DNA from: Myxococcota bacterium
GTDB taxonomy: Bacteria > Myxococcota_A > Polyangia > Polyangiales > Sandaracinaceae
Direction: 5' to 3'
Length of the DNA stretch: 15,388 bases
Assembly (NCBI GenBank): GCA_036149055.1
Contig: JAYZQJ010000232.1
Coordinates: forward strand, 1 to 15,388
Program-made: the position numbers and the translations under genes
Notes under the pieces: generated by a model
What the model saw: only the letters and a program-made list of their open reading frames with translations
What the model was told of the DNA's origin: nothing
Database searches by the model: none
Shown here: positions 1 through 8,164 of the stretch, one piece after another
Layout of the letters: each line of letters opens with the position of its first letter
Numbering within the stretch: the first letter of the stretch is position 1

Positions 1-364
1 CGACGGCACGGTCAACACGACGGCCGGCGAGACGTGCGACGACTCTGGCGAGTCGGCGACGTGCGACGCGGACTGCACGGCGGTCATGTGCGGCGACGGG
101 ACGGTCAACACGACGGCCGGCGAGACGTGCGACGACTCGGGCGAGTCGGCGACGTGTGACGCGGACTGCACGGCGGTGATGTGCGGCGACGGCACGGTCA
201 ACACGACGGCCGGCGAGACGTGTGACGACTCGGGCGAGTCGGCGACGTGCGACGCGGACTGCACGGCGGTGATGTGCGGCGACGGCACGGTCAACACGAC
301 GGCCGGCGAGACGTGCGACGACTCTGGCGAGTCGGCGACGTGCGACGCGGACTGCACGGCGGCG
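1..364 (+). repeat. 93-bp (31-aa) coding tandem repeat: one partial plus three full copies, followed by a divergent terminal unit from 365
   Basis: Unit ATGs fall at 86, 179, 272 and 365, exactly 93 bp apart. The unit is MCGDGTVNTTAGETCDDSGESATCDADCTAV, and differences between copies are almost all synonymous (TCT/TCG, TGC/TGT, GGC/GGG, GTC/GTG). Confidence 0.95.
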
Positions 365-508
365 ATGTGCGGCGACGGCGTCATCAACACGACGGCGGGA
401 GAGGTGTGCGACGACGGCAACACGATGGACGGCGACGGCTGCTCGTCGACCTGCGCCGTCGAGACCGGCTTCACCTGCATGGGTGAGCCGTCGACCTGCA
501 TGATGTGA
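2..508 (+). CDS. C-terminal part of a myxococcal cysteine-rich repeat protein (DUF4215/TIGR02232-like), 5'-truncated by the window edge
   Basis: The frame is open from base 2 (DGTVNTTAGETCDD...) to TGA at 506-508. It carries repeated CGDG..E.CDD units and ends in the canonical CGDG-x-ExCDDGN-xx-DGDGCSxxCxxExGFxCxGxPSxC form. Confidence 0.85.
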   Translation, partial: DGTVNTTAGETCDDSGESATCDADCTAVMCGDGTVNTTAGETCDDSGESATCDADCTAVMCGDGTVNTTAGETCDDSGESATCDADCTAVMCGDGTVNTTAGETCDDSGESATCDADCTAAMCGDGVINTTAGEVCDDGNTMDGDGCSSTCAVETGFTCMGEPSTCMM

Positions 509-536
509 CCGCCGCGTGAGGTGACCGCGACGGGGC

Positions 537-1793
537 TCACCGCATGTGGCGGTGAATCCCCGTCGCCGGCACGCGGCGCAGGCGGATGCGCAGCGCGCGG
601 GCGAACATGATCTGAGTGGCCGCCGTCAGCCCGGTGCGGAAGCTCTCGTCCGCGTCGACGATGGCGCGGAGCAGGAAGTTGGCGGTGCCGACGTCGAACG
701 AGGCCCAGCCGATCACCCCGGTGGCCCCGCTCGGCAGGCGCGTCGTCTCGAACTCCCAGCGGCCGCCGGCGAGAGCCCCGTCGGTGGCCTCGAGCTCGAC
801 CACCGCGTCCTCCCGCTCGCGGAGGATCATCGCGCCCCCGGTGCCGATGAGCGGGAGGTCCACGCGCCAGTCGAAGCGTGTGCCGTCCTCGGTCTCCTCG
901 GTGAGGGTCGCGCTGCTCCCCTGGATGAGCGCCTGCGCGAATGCGACGGGGTTGAGCATGATGCCGCGGACCTGCTCCTCGGTGCGGTTGTAGCGGGTCA
1001 GCACCGTCGCCTGCCGCATCGCGTCGCCGCGCGCCTCCACCAGCAGGAGGTCGCCCCGGCGCATCATCGCCTCGAAGGCGGCCGGCTCGATGCGGGGACG
1101 GTGCAGCCCGTCGCCCAGCGCCGGAGGCCTCCAGCCGGCCTCCGCCTCCATCGCCTCCTGGAGACGCAGCAGCATGCCGAAGCTCATCGCCAGGTTGATC
1201 GATCGGCTGAGCGCCGCGTTCCGCATCTGGCGGGTCACCGGGTTGGCGCCGCGAATGTCCATCCGGGTCGAGAGCAGCAGCAGGCTCTCCCGGGGGCCGC
1301 GCGGCAGCACCCGCCACACCTCGCGCCCGTGCCCGAGATCGCCCTCGGTGCGCTCGACCACGATCCGCGCGCCCCGACGCTCCTGGCCAGGCCGCGGCCG
1401 GTAGACGGTGATCATCGCGTCGCCGCCGAGGGTGAAGACGCTCGTCCGCCACTGCCACGAGAAGCCGCGGGTCTGCCCCGTCTCCTCGCGCATCGTCACC
1501 GCGTCGAGCGCCGGCATGATCTCCGGGTAGCGGGTCGGCTCGGCCAGGAGCGCGGTCACCGCCTCGGCCGGCGCGTGCACCCGAGCGGCCAGGTGGATGC
1601 CGGGGAGCAGCTCGCCCTCTCGGGTCTCCACGAGCCCGAAGATCCCCTGGTCGAGCAGGGGCTCGATCCGGCGCAGCTCGGCGCGCGAGAAGCCGCGGAG
1701 CGGGGCCTCGAGCGCGTCGTGCGCCGGCCGCGGCGTCTGGGCCAGCGCGGCCGCGGGGGAGAGGAGGAGCGCGATGAACAGCAGGCGAAGCAC
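537..1793 (-). CDS. Secreted protein with two tandem SRPBCC/START (polyketide cyclase-like) domains
   Basis: 418-aa ORF with GTG start and a Sec-type signal peptide ([19 protein letters not shown]). Two similar segments ([25 protein letters not shown]...[12 protein letters not shown] and [24 protein letters not shown]...[10 protein letters not shown]) resemble SRPBCC-fold motifs. Confidence 0.6.
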   Translation of the reverse strand: MLRLLFIALLLSPAAALAQTPRPAHDALEAPLRGFSRAELRRIEPLLDQGIFGLVETREGELLPGIHLAARVHAPAEAVTALLAEPTRYPEIMPALDAVTMREETGQTRGFSWQWRTSVFTLGGDAMITVYRPRPGQERRGARIVVERTEGDLGHGREVWRVLPRGPRESLLLLSTRMDIRGANPVTRQMRNAALSRSINLAMSFGMLLRLQEAMEAEAGWRPPALGDGLHRPRIEPAAFEAMMRRGDLLLVEARGDAMRQATVLTRYNRTEEQVRGIMLNPVAFAQALIQGSSATLTEETEDGTRFDWRVDLPLIGTGGAMILREREDAVVELEATDGALAGGRWEFETTRLPSGATGVIGWASFDVGTANFLLRAIVDADESFRTGLTAATQIMFARALRIRLRRVPATGIHRHMR

Positions 1794-1847
1794 GAGCGTC
1801 CGACGGACGACGTCGCGAGAATAGTCATCGGCCGATCCCGGGCGCCT

Positions 1848-1877
1848 TTGTCAGGCCCCGGGGGTCGGTGCTATGCC
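1848..1877 (+). promoter_or_regulatory. Putative sigma70-type promoter giving a leaderless tal mRNA
   Basis: TTGTCA (1848-1853), 18-nt spacer containing TG at 1869-1870 (extended -10), TATGCC (1872-1877), 6 nt, then ATG at 1884. No Shine-Dalgarno sequence is visible. Confidence 0.5.
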
Positions 1878-1883
1878 CGGGCC

Positions 1884-2531
1884 ATGAAGATCTTCATCGA
1901 CACCGCGGACGTGGCCGAGATCCGGGACGCCGCCGCCATGGGCGTGATCGACGGCGTGACCACCAACCCCTCGCTCGTCGCGAAGGCCGGCCGCTCCTAC
2001 GAGGAGGTCGTCAAGGAGATCTGCGAGATCGTCGACGGGCCGATCAGCGCCGAGGTCCTCGCGACCGACACCGACGGCATCCTCGCCGAGGGCCGCGCGA
2101 TCGCCGCGTGGCACCCCAACGTCGTGGTGAAGGTGCCCCTCATCCCCGACGGCCTGAAGGCGGTCCGGGTCTTCACCGAAGAGGGCATCAAGACCAACGT
2201 CACCCTCTGCTTCAGCGCCAGCCAGGGCATGCTCGCCGCGAAGGCGGGCGCCACCTACATCAGCCCGTTCCTCGGCCGCATCGACGACATCAGCTGGGAC
2301 GGGATGGAGCTCATCGGTCAGCTCCGCCAGATCTACGACAACTACGGCTTCGACACCGAGATCCTCGCCGCGTCGATCCGGCACCCCAAGCACGTCGTCG
2401 ACGCCGCGCTGCTCGGCGCGGACGTGGGCACGATGCCCCACAGCGTGATCCTCCAGCTCTCGAAGCACCCGCTCACCGACATCGGCCTCGAGAAGTTCCT
2501 GAAGGACGCCGAGAAGATCCCGAAGGCGTGA
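1884..2531 (+). CDS. tal: Transaldolase, small TalC/FSA family (215 aa)
   Basis: Motifs [21 protein letters not shown] (Schiff-base Lys83), NVTLCFS and [11 protein letters not shown]. Glu57 (SAEV) and Phe129 (SPF) are the transaldolase-type residues; fructose-6-phosphate aldolases have Gln/Tyr there. The true start is ATG 1884, inside the longer 546..2531 ORF. Confidence 0.93.
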   Translation: MKIFIDTADVAEIRDAAAMGVIDGVTTNPSLVAKAGRSYEEVVKEICEIVDGPISAEVLATDTDGILAEGRAIAAWHPNVVVKVPLIPDGLKAVRVFTEEGIKTNVTLCFSASQGMLAAKAGATYISPFLGRIDDISWDGMELIGQLRQIYDNYGFDTEILAASIRHPKHVVDAALLGADVGTMPHSVILQLSKHPLTDIGLEKFLKDAEKIPKA

Positions 2532-3034
2532 CCCGGCTCCTCCTCGCGGTCGGGCTCACCCTCGCCGTCGCCAGCTCGGCCGCCGCTCAGGACGGCCCGG
2601 CCGGCGCGCTGCAAGGGAGCTTCCTCGCCTCCACCGAGGGCGACTTCGGCGGCGCGCTCGGGGCCGATCTCTGGTACCCGATCGACGTCTTCCGCATCGG
2701 CGGCTTCTTCGCGGTGGGCGCGGTGCCGACCGGCGAGGACGCGCGCAACCGGGTCTTCATGCCGGTGGGCGCCTCGCTCGGGCTGGAGCTGCTCGGCGAG
2801 GTCGTCGGCGTGAGCCTCCGGGCGCGCGGAGGCCTCTGGGGCGGCGCCACCCAGGACGAGAAGCTGACCGCCGGCGGATTCGTCGGCGGCGGGGCGTGGT
2901 TTCTGTATCATCTCGGCGCCGGCGTGACGCTCAGCGTGGGCCTCGAAGTGTGGGGTCTGTTCGGCGCGGGCGAGACCGCGCTGTTCGCGCCGGGCGCCGG
3001 CCTGACCTGGAACCCCGCCTTCGAAGCCGAATGA
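2528..3034 (+). CDS. Small outer-membrane beta-barrel-like protein (168 aa)
   Basis: GTG start overlapping the tal stop (GTGA) and a signal peptide ([21 protein letters not shown]). About eight Gly/aromatic alternating segments follow ([58 protein letters not shown]). Confidence 0.65.
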   Translation: MTRLLLAVGLTLAVASSAAAQDGPAGALQGSFLASTEGDFGGALGADLWYPIDVFRIGGFFAVGAVPTGEDARNRVFMPVGASLGLELLGEVVGVSLRARGGLWGGATQDEKLTAGGFVGGGAWFLYHLGAGVTLSVGLEVWGLFGAGETALFAPGAGLTWNPAFEAE

Positions 3035-3702
3035 GCAGCGACCAAGACGTGCTCGGCCCCGCGCCCCGGGTGGACGTGGAGGTGGTCGAGGATCGCCTCC
3101 TGGGCGAGGGCGGCTTCCTCCGCCTCCGTCGCATGAAGCTCCGCAACCGCTGGCCCGACGGCCACGAGAGCGCCGTCTACCCCTACGATCTCGTGGAGCG
3201 CGACGCGACCGACGCGGTGGGCATCGTGCTCTGGGCCGATCCGGGCGCGCCGCGGATCTGCCTGCGCTCGGCGCTCCGACCTCCGCTCGCCTTTCGCCCC
3301 GGCTACGCGCTGCCGCTCGACGAGCCCGCGGCCCCCGTGCTCTGGGAGGTCCCCGCCGGCCTCGTCGAGCCCAGCGAGCGCGGCGAAGACGGCCTGCGCG
3401 GGTGCGCGGCCCGCGAGACGCTCGAGGAGGTGGGGCTGCCGATCGAGCCCGACCGCTTCGCGCGCCTCGGCCCGGCGGTGACCCTCAGCCCCGGGGTGCT
3501 CGCCGAGAAGCTGCACTTCTTCGTGGCCGAGGTCGATCCCGAGCGGCGCGGCGCGCCGACCGAGGACGGGACCCCGGTGGAGGAGCGCGCCGAGGTGCGC
3601 TTCGTGCCGCTCGCCGAGGCCCTCGCCGCCTGCCGCGACGGGCGCGTCGCCGACCTCAAGACCGAGACCGCCATCCGCCGGCTGGAGGAGCACCTGCGGT
3701 GA
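3031..3702 (+). CDS. Nudix hydrolase, ADP-ribose/NDP-sugar pyrophosphatase-like (223 aa)
   Basis: ATG 3031 overlaps the upstream stop (ATGA). Nudix box region WEVPAGLVEPSE...AARETLEEVGL, plus SPG..E and D.KT motifs typical of NudF/NudK-type enzymes. Confidence 0.85.
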   Translation: MSSDQDVLGPAPRVDVEVVEDRLLGEGGFLRLRRMKLRNRWPDGHESAVYPYDLVERDATDAVGIVLWADPGAPRICLRSALRPPLAFRPGYALPLDEPAAPVLWEVPAGLVEPSERGEDGLRGCAARETLEEVGLPIEPDRFARLGPAVTLSPGVLAEKLHFFVAEVDPERRGAPTEDGTPVEERAEVRFVPLAEALAACRDGRVADLKTETAIRRLEEHLR

Positions 3703-4598
3703 GGAAGAAGAACGGCCAGGGCGGCGTCCTGCTCATCTACAAGAAGTCCGCCTACCAGATCTACGTCCGGGAGCGGAAGAACGAGCGCATCAAGGAGCTC
3801 GTGCAGCGCGGCGATGTCTCCGTGCAGGACATCTTGTCGGCTGACCGGGCCCACGTGGAGACCATCGACGAGGCGCGCAAGGCGGTGCGGGAGCTCGGCA
3901 TCCGCGGGGTCTTCCGCTACCGCAGCGACGAGACGCTCGTCGAGGGCTTCGACCTGATCGTCACCATCGGCGGCGACGGAACCCTGCTCTGGGCGTCCCA
4001 CCGCGTCCCGCCGGGCATCCCGGTGCTCGCGATCAACAGCGCGCCCGAGCACAGCGTCGGGCACTTCTGCGGGGGCCGGAAGGGGAGGGTGCGCGAGGCG
4101 ATCGCCGCCGCGCTCGAGGGCCGGCTCCGGCGCACGCACCTGTCGCGCATGCAGGTGGAGCTCGACGGGGTGGTGATCCACAAGCGCGTGCTCAACGACG
4201 CGCTCTTCTGTCACAAGAGCCCCGCCGCCACGACGCGCTACCTGCTCGACGTCGGCGGCGTCAGCGAGGAGCAGAAGTCGAGCGGGCTCTGGGTGGGCCC
4301 GGCCGCGGGGTCGACCGCCGCGCAGCGATCGGCGGGCGGCCGCGTGCTGGCCCCCGGCTCCCGCAAGCTCCAGTTCATCGTGCGCGAGCCCTACGTGCCG
4401 CCCGACGGCCACTACCGGCACCGCCGGGGGCTCATCAAGAACGGCGACGCGCTCCGCGTCTTCTCCAAGGTGCGCGAGGGCCGCGTCTACATCGACGGCC
4501 CGCACGTGGTGCACGAGGTGACGATCGGCCGCGAGCTCGTGTTCCGGCGCAGCCCGGAGCCGCTGACCCTCCTGGCCTTCCCGCGGGCGCAGCCGTGA
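3699..4598 (+). CDS. NAD(+)/NADH kinase (299 aa)
   Basis: GTG 3699 (GTGA overlap). Motifs IGGDGTLL, PVLAINS, SVGHFC, VLND and QKSSGLWVGPAAGSTAAQRSAGG. Confidence 0.9.
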   Translation: MRKKNGQGGVLLIYKKSAYQIYVRERKNERIKELVQRGDVSVQDILSADRAHVETIDEARKAVRELGIRGVFRYRSDETLVEGFDLIVTIGGDGTLLWASHRVPPGIPVLAINSAPEHSVGHFCGGRKGRVREAIAAALEGRLRRTHLSRMQVELDGVVIHKRVLNDALFCHKSPAATTRYLLDVGGVSEEQKSSGLWVGPAAGSTAAQRSAGGRVLAPGSRKLQFIVREPYVPPDGHYRHRRGLIKNGDALRVFSKVREGRVYIDGPHVVHEVTIGRELVFRRSPEPLTLLAFPRAQP

Positions 4599-5704
4599 TC
4601 CGGGCGCTGGCGTGCGCGCTCGTGCTCGTCGCCTGCGGCGGAGAGGTCGAGCCCGCGCCCACCGACCCCGTCCCGCCTCCGCGCCGCAGCGCCGCCCAGG
4701 ATCAGGCGCTCCGGCGCATGGCCCTCGACGTCGCCGAGGCGCAGGTCTGCCCGCTGCTGCTCGACCGCTTCCTCCCGCTCCCCGAGGACGGCGTCGTCCG
4801 GGCGCGGGACGCCCTGCCGGTGGTGGAGGGGCGGCTCTGGGTGAGCGCCTGCCAGGCGACCCGCCGCGGCGACGCCCTCGGCCTCCACCTCGAGGGGCGC
4901 GGCTGGCAGCGCGTCGAACGCAGCGCCGCCGGCCCGCTCGGCAGCAGCTTCACCGTGCGCGGCGTCGTGCGCTTCGACGCGCGCCTGGACGTCGAGGGCG
5001 AGATCGATCTCGGCTACGACCCGGCGTCGCGGCGCGCGTCCCTCGTGCTCACGCCGCGCACCGCCCCTCGCGCGCGGGTGACCCCGATCGGCGCGGTGCC
5101 GGTCTCGCCGGACGGCGGCTGGTCCGGGATCATCGGCGGGATCGGCGGGCTGCTCGGCGCCTCCCCCGCGTCGCGCGCTCGCGAGGTGCTGGAGGCCCGA
5201 GCGGCGATCACCGTCGAGCGCGAGCTCGCGCGCGGCGCCACGTTCCAGCTCGATCTCTGCACCGGCCAGCTCCACGGGACCCTGGGCGCGCTGGCGGACG
5301 GGGAGGCGGTGCCCCCGCCCCCGTGGGACGACGCCGACACCCGCTTCCGCGAGAACCTCCGCGTGCGCCTGCGAGACGGCGCCTTCGACCTCGCCGGGCC
5401 CTTCGAGTCCCCGCTCGCGATCGACGTCGAGGTCGAGGAGGGGGAGGGCGTGAACGTGGCCGTGCTCTGCGGCCCCGAGGGCGCGCTGCACGCGTCGGCC
5501 TACTTCTCGAGCGGAGACGCGCGCTACCCCGACTCGCCGCACCGGGCGGGATCGTTCCGTCGGGGGCGCGTCGGGCGGCTCGAGGTGGACGGCTGCCCGC
5601 GGGCCCACGTCTACTTCGACCCGGTCGACCCGCGCCGGGTCACGACGTTCCGCTACCGGGTGCGCGACGACGCCGAGATCGAGCCCCTCGCGCGCTGCCG
5701 TTGA
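4595..5704 (+). CDS. Hypothetical lipoprotein (369 aa)
   Basis: GTG start with GTGA overlap. N-terminus MIRALACALVLVA|C-GG has an LVAC lipobox followed by a Pro-rich linker. I recognise no family. Confidence 0.7.
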   Translation: MIRALACALVLVACGGEVEPAPTDPVPPPRRSAAQDQALRRMALDVAEAQVCPLLLDRFLPLPEDGVVRARDALPVVEGRLWVSACQATRRGDALGLHLEGRGWQRVERSAAGPLGSSFTVRGVVRFDARLDVEGEIDLGYDPASRRASLVLTPRTAPRARVTPIGAVPVSPDGGWSGIIGGIGGLLGASPASRAREVLEARAAITVERELARGATFQLDLCTGQLHGTLGALADGEAVPPPPWDDADTRFRENLRVRLRDGAFDLAGPFESPLAIDVEVEEGEGVNVAVLCGPEGALHASAYFSSGDARYPDSPHRAGSFRRGRVGRLEVDGCPRAHVYFDPVDPRRVTTFRYRVRDDAEIEPLARCR

Positions 5705-7230
5705 AGCAGGATCAGGGCGAGCAGCCACGCGGCGGCGAGCGGCGTCACCCAGTCGCCGATCGTCGTCCAGGGCGTCGCGCCCTCGAGCACCCGCACGTCG
5801 GCGACGAACGACGCGCGCACGAACGAGTCGGTCCGCCGCAGATCCTCGCCGGTCGCCGCGGTGTGCCCGCTGACCCCCGTGTTGACCGAGCGCACCAGGT
5901 CGCGCCGGGTCTCGATGGCGCGCAGCCGCGCGTTCATGTGGTGCAGGTGAGGCGCGGTCGTGTCGCCGAACCAGGCGTTGTTGGTCACGTTCGCCCAGAA
6001 GTCGGGCGCCGCCGCCGCCTGCCCCCGCACGTGGTCGGCGAGCAGATCCTCGTAGCAGTTGAGCACGCCGACTCGCGCGCCCGCGACCTCGACCACCTGC
6101 GCGCCGCGCCCGGGCGTGAGCCCCTTCGGGAAGCGCTGCAGCCAGGGGATGACCTCCCACAGCGGCGTGTACTCGCCGAACGCGAGGAGGCGGACCTTGT
6201 CGGCCACCCCGACCACGCGCCCGTCGCGCGCCACCGCGATCGCGGAGTTGTAGCGGTCGCCGTCGCCCACCACGAAGGTGCCGGCGAGGCCCCCGCGCGC
6301 GTTGCCCGCCGCGGCGGTGACCCGCGGGCCGTCGGTGGTGATCACGCCGACGATCAGCGGCCCGTGCACCCCGTCCCGGCGCAGCCCGAGCGGGCCCGCG
6401 CGATCCTCCGCCATCTCCCGGTGGACGGGGTAGGGGTAGGCGCTCTCCGGCCAGACCACCAGCTCGGCGCCGCGGTCCTCGAGGTCGCGGGTCATCGCGC
6501 GCAGCACCCGGAGGTGGCCGAGGTGCTGCCGTGGATCGTGCTTGTCGTGGATGCCGATGTTGGGCTGCACGACGCCGACCGCGACCGACCGGGCCGAGGC
6601 GCGGGCGTGCTCGACCTGGTGCATGCGCAGCGCGCCGTAGAGCGGGGGCACGAGCAGCGCCGCCGCGGTGATGGCGAGGGGGACGCGCGCGGGGCGGCGC
6701 AGGCTCCGGATGAGCGCGCAGCCGACCACCGCCACCAGCCCGTCGAGGAGCGGCAGCCCGCCGAGCTCCGCCACCTGCGCGTAGGGGAGGAAGCCGAGCT
6801 GACTGAGCCCGTAGCGCCACGGGAAGAGCGCCGGCGCGAGGGTGTGGGCGACCACGAGGGCGGGCGGCAGCGCGACCCAGCCCGGGATCCCGTAGCGCAT
6901 CAGCGCGACCGCCCCGGCCGACGCGGTCACCCAGCCGAGCGACTGGCCGAGCCAGAGGAGCGCGCCGGTGGGCAGGGCCGCCGCCAGCGGGAAGTGGCCG
7001 AAGTCCATCAGGAGGCCGACCACCCAGTACATCGAGTAGAGGTTGGCGACCGTGCCGGTGAGCAGCCCGAGCGCGAGCCCCCGCCGCAGCGAGACCGGCT
7101 CGCCTTCGCGCGGCTCGATGGCGAGCAGGAAGGCGGCCGGCGCGGTGAAGGTGACGAAGCTCAGCTCGGTCGGCGCGCCGCCGAGGCCGATGGCGAGCCC
7201 GGCCCAGACCGCGAGGGAGACGCCGCGCAC
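5653..7230 (-). CDS. lnt: Apolipoprotein N-acyltransferase
   Basis: Multi-TM N-terminal half (FPW..G.SQ, Q.AELGG) followed by VQPNI. The nitrilase-fold catalytic triad is present in WPESA (Glu), DKVRLLAFGEY (Lys) and LNCYEDL (Cys), with TNNAWFG, RAIE and NTGVSG. Confidence 0.93.
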   Translation of the reverse strand: MRGVSLAVWAGLAIGLGGAPTELSFVTFTAPAAFLLAIEPREGEPVSLRRGLALGLLTGTVANLYSMYWVVGLLMDFGHFPLAAALPTGALLWLGQSLGWVTASAGAVALMRYGIPGWVALPPALVVAHTLAPALFPWRYGLSQLGFLPYAQVAELGGLPLLDGLVAVVGCALIRSLRRPARVPLAITAAALLVPPLYGALRMHQVEHARASARSVAVGVVQPNIGIHDKHDPRQHLGHLRVLRAMTRDLEDRGAELVVWPESAYPYPVHREMAEDRAGPLGLRRDGVHGPLIVGVITTDGPRVTAAAGNARGGLAGTFVVGDGDRYNSAIAVARDGRVVGVADKVRLLAFGEYTPLWEVIPWLQRFPKGLTPGRGAQVVEVAGARVGVLNCYEDLLADHVRGQAAAAPDFWANVTNNAWFGDTTAPHLHHMNARLRAIETRRDLVRSVNTGVSGHTAATGEDLRRTDSFVRASFVADVRVLEGATPWTTIGDWVTPLAAAWLLALILLQRQRARGSISASSRTR

Positions 7231-7231
7231 G

Positions 7232-8164
7232 TCAGCCCCGGAGGAGGATCGCGCCCTGCTTCATCTCGAAGGTGGCGGGCAGCGCGCCGGGCGCCTCGCC
7301 GTCCACGTCGAGCAGGACGCGCTCGTGCGGCACCACCGGCTCCGCCTTCACCCGGCGCGCGCGCGTGAAGCTGACCCCCGGCCGGCCGAGGTGACGGCCC
7401 AGGTAGACGTCGGTCGTCAGGGTGAGCGACTCGCGCGCGGTCAACTCGAGCGTCACCACGTCGAACTCGCCGTCGTCGATCTCGGCGCGGGGCGCGATCT
7501 CCATGCCCCCGCCGAAGTAGCGGCCGTTCGCGACCGCGAGGTTGAGGATTTCCGCGATCCTCGGCTCGTCGTCGTCGAGGGTCACGCGGACCTTCTGGTT
7601 GCGGTAGCCGACCATCGCCCGCAGCGTGCCGAGGAGGAACGCGGGGGTGCCGCCCATCCACTTGGGGCTCTCGTTGACCACCCGGTCGACGCGGCCGGAG
7701 AGGCCGAAGCTCGCGATGTTCAGGAAGGCGCGCGAGCGCGGCGATCCGTCGTCGTCCACGAAGGTCAGCCAGCCGACGTCGACCTTGCGGGGGCGCGCCC
7801 ACAGCATGCGGGTGACCATCGGCTCGATGCGCTTGCTGACCCCGAGGGTCCGCCGGAAGTCGCCGCCGGTGCCGCAGGGCAGGGGCCCGAGCCACGCGCC
7901 GTCGCCGAGCGGCTCGCCGTCTTCGCCGAAGAAGCCGTTCACCGCCTCGTTGAGCGTGCCGTCGCCGCCGACCACCGCCACGCCCGCCGTCTTCGCCGCG
8001 AGGGCCTCGCGCACGATGCGCGTCGCGTCGCCCGGGCCGCTGGTGAGGGCGACGTCGAAGCGGGCGCCGGCCTCCTCGAGCGCCCGCCGCAGCTCGGGCA
8101 GGCGCCGCTCGGCCGCGCCGGCGCCGGCGCGCGGGTTGACCACCAGAAGGAAAGCCTCGTCCAT
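7232..8164 (-). CDS. YegS/BmrU-family diacylglycerol/lipid kinase
   Basis: Motifs VVNPRAG, VGGDGTLNEAVNG, LPCGTGGDF, VDVG, FLNIASFG, VANGRYFGGG, DDG.FDV and DVDGE. The start is taken as ATG 8164 (MDEAFLL); ATG 8197 is the alternative. Confidence 0.9.
   Translation of the reverse strand: MDEAFLLVVNPRAGAGAAERRLPELRRALEEAGARFDVALTSGPGDATRIVREALAAKTAGVAVVGGDGTLNEAVNGFFGEDGEPLGDGAWLGPLPCGTGGDFRRTLGVSKRIEPMVTRMLWARPRKVDVGWLTFVDDDGSPRSRAFLNIASFGLSGRVDRVVNESPKWMGGTPAFLLGTLRAMVGYRNQKVRVTLDDDEPRIAEILNLAVANGRYFGGGMEIAPRAEIDDGEFDVVTLELTARESLTLTTDVYLGRHLGRPGVSFTRARRVKAEPVVPHERVLLDVDGEAPGALPATFEMKQGAILLRG

Noticed and set aside
1..364. Tandem repeats as a possible CRISPR array or other non-coding array
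   Set aside because: There are no unique spacers, the 93-bp period is a multiple of three, and variation is synonymous, so this is a coding repeat.
509..536. Possible bidirectional terminator between the convergent genes
   Set aside because: There is only an imperfect GC stem with no U-tract on either strand, which is not distinguishable from chance.
546..1883. Apparent 446-aa N-terminal extension or fusion on transaldolase
   Set aside because: It is the antisense shadow of the 537..1793 gene. The family N-terminus MKIFIDTA begins at 1884, with a promoter-like motif directly before it.
1884..2531. Annotation as fructose-6-phosphate aldolase (fsa)
   Set aside because: Glu57 and Phe129 are the transaldolase signature; FSA has Gln and Tyr at these positions.
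3031..4598. Nudix plus NAD enzyme as an anti-phage or NAD-reconstitution system
   Set aside because: No TIR/SIR2, PRPP-synthetase-like or nicotinamide phosphoribosyltransferase-like gene is present. There is no mobile or defence context, and the composition matches the host-like flanks.
4487..7368. Very long alternative-frame ORFs (4612..7368 +, 4487..6820 -)
   Set aside because: These are Arg/Pro/Gly-rich shadow translations overlapping well-supported genes. Stop codons are scarce in off-frames at this GC content.
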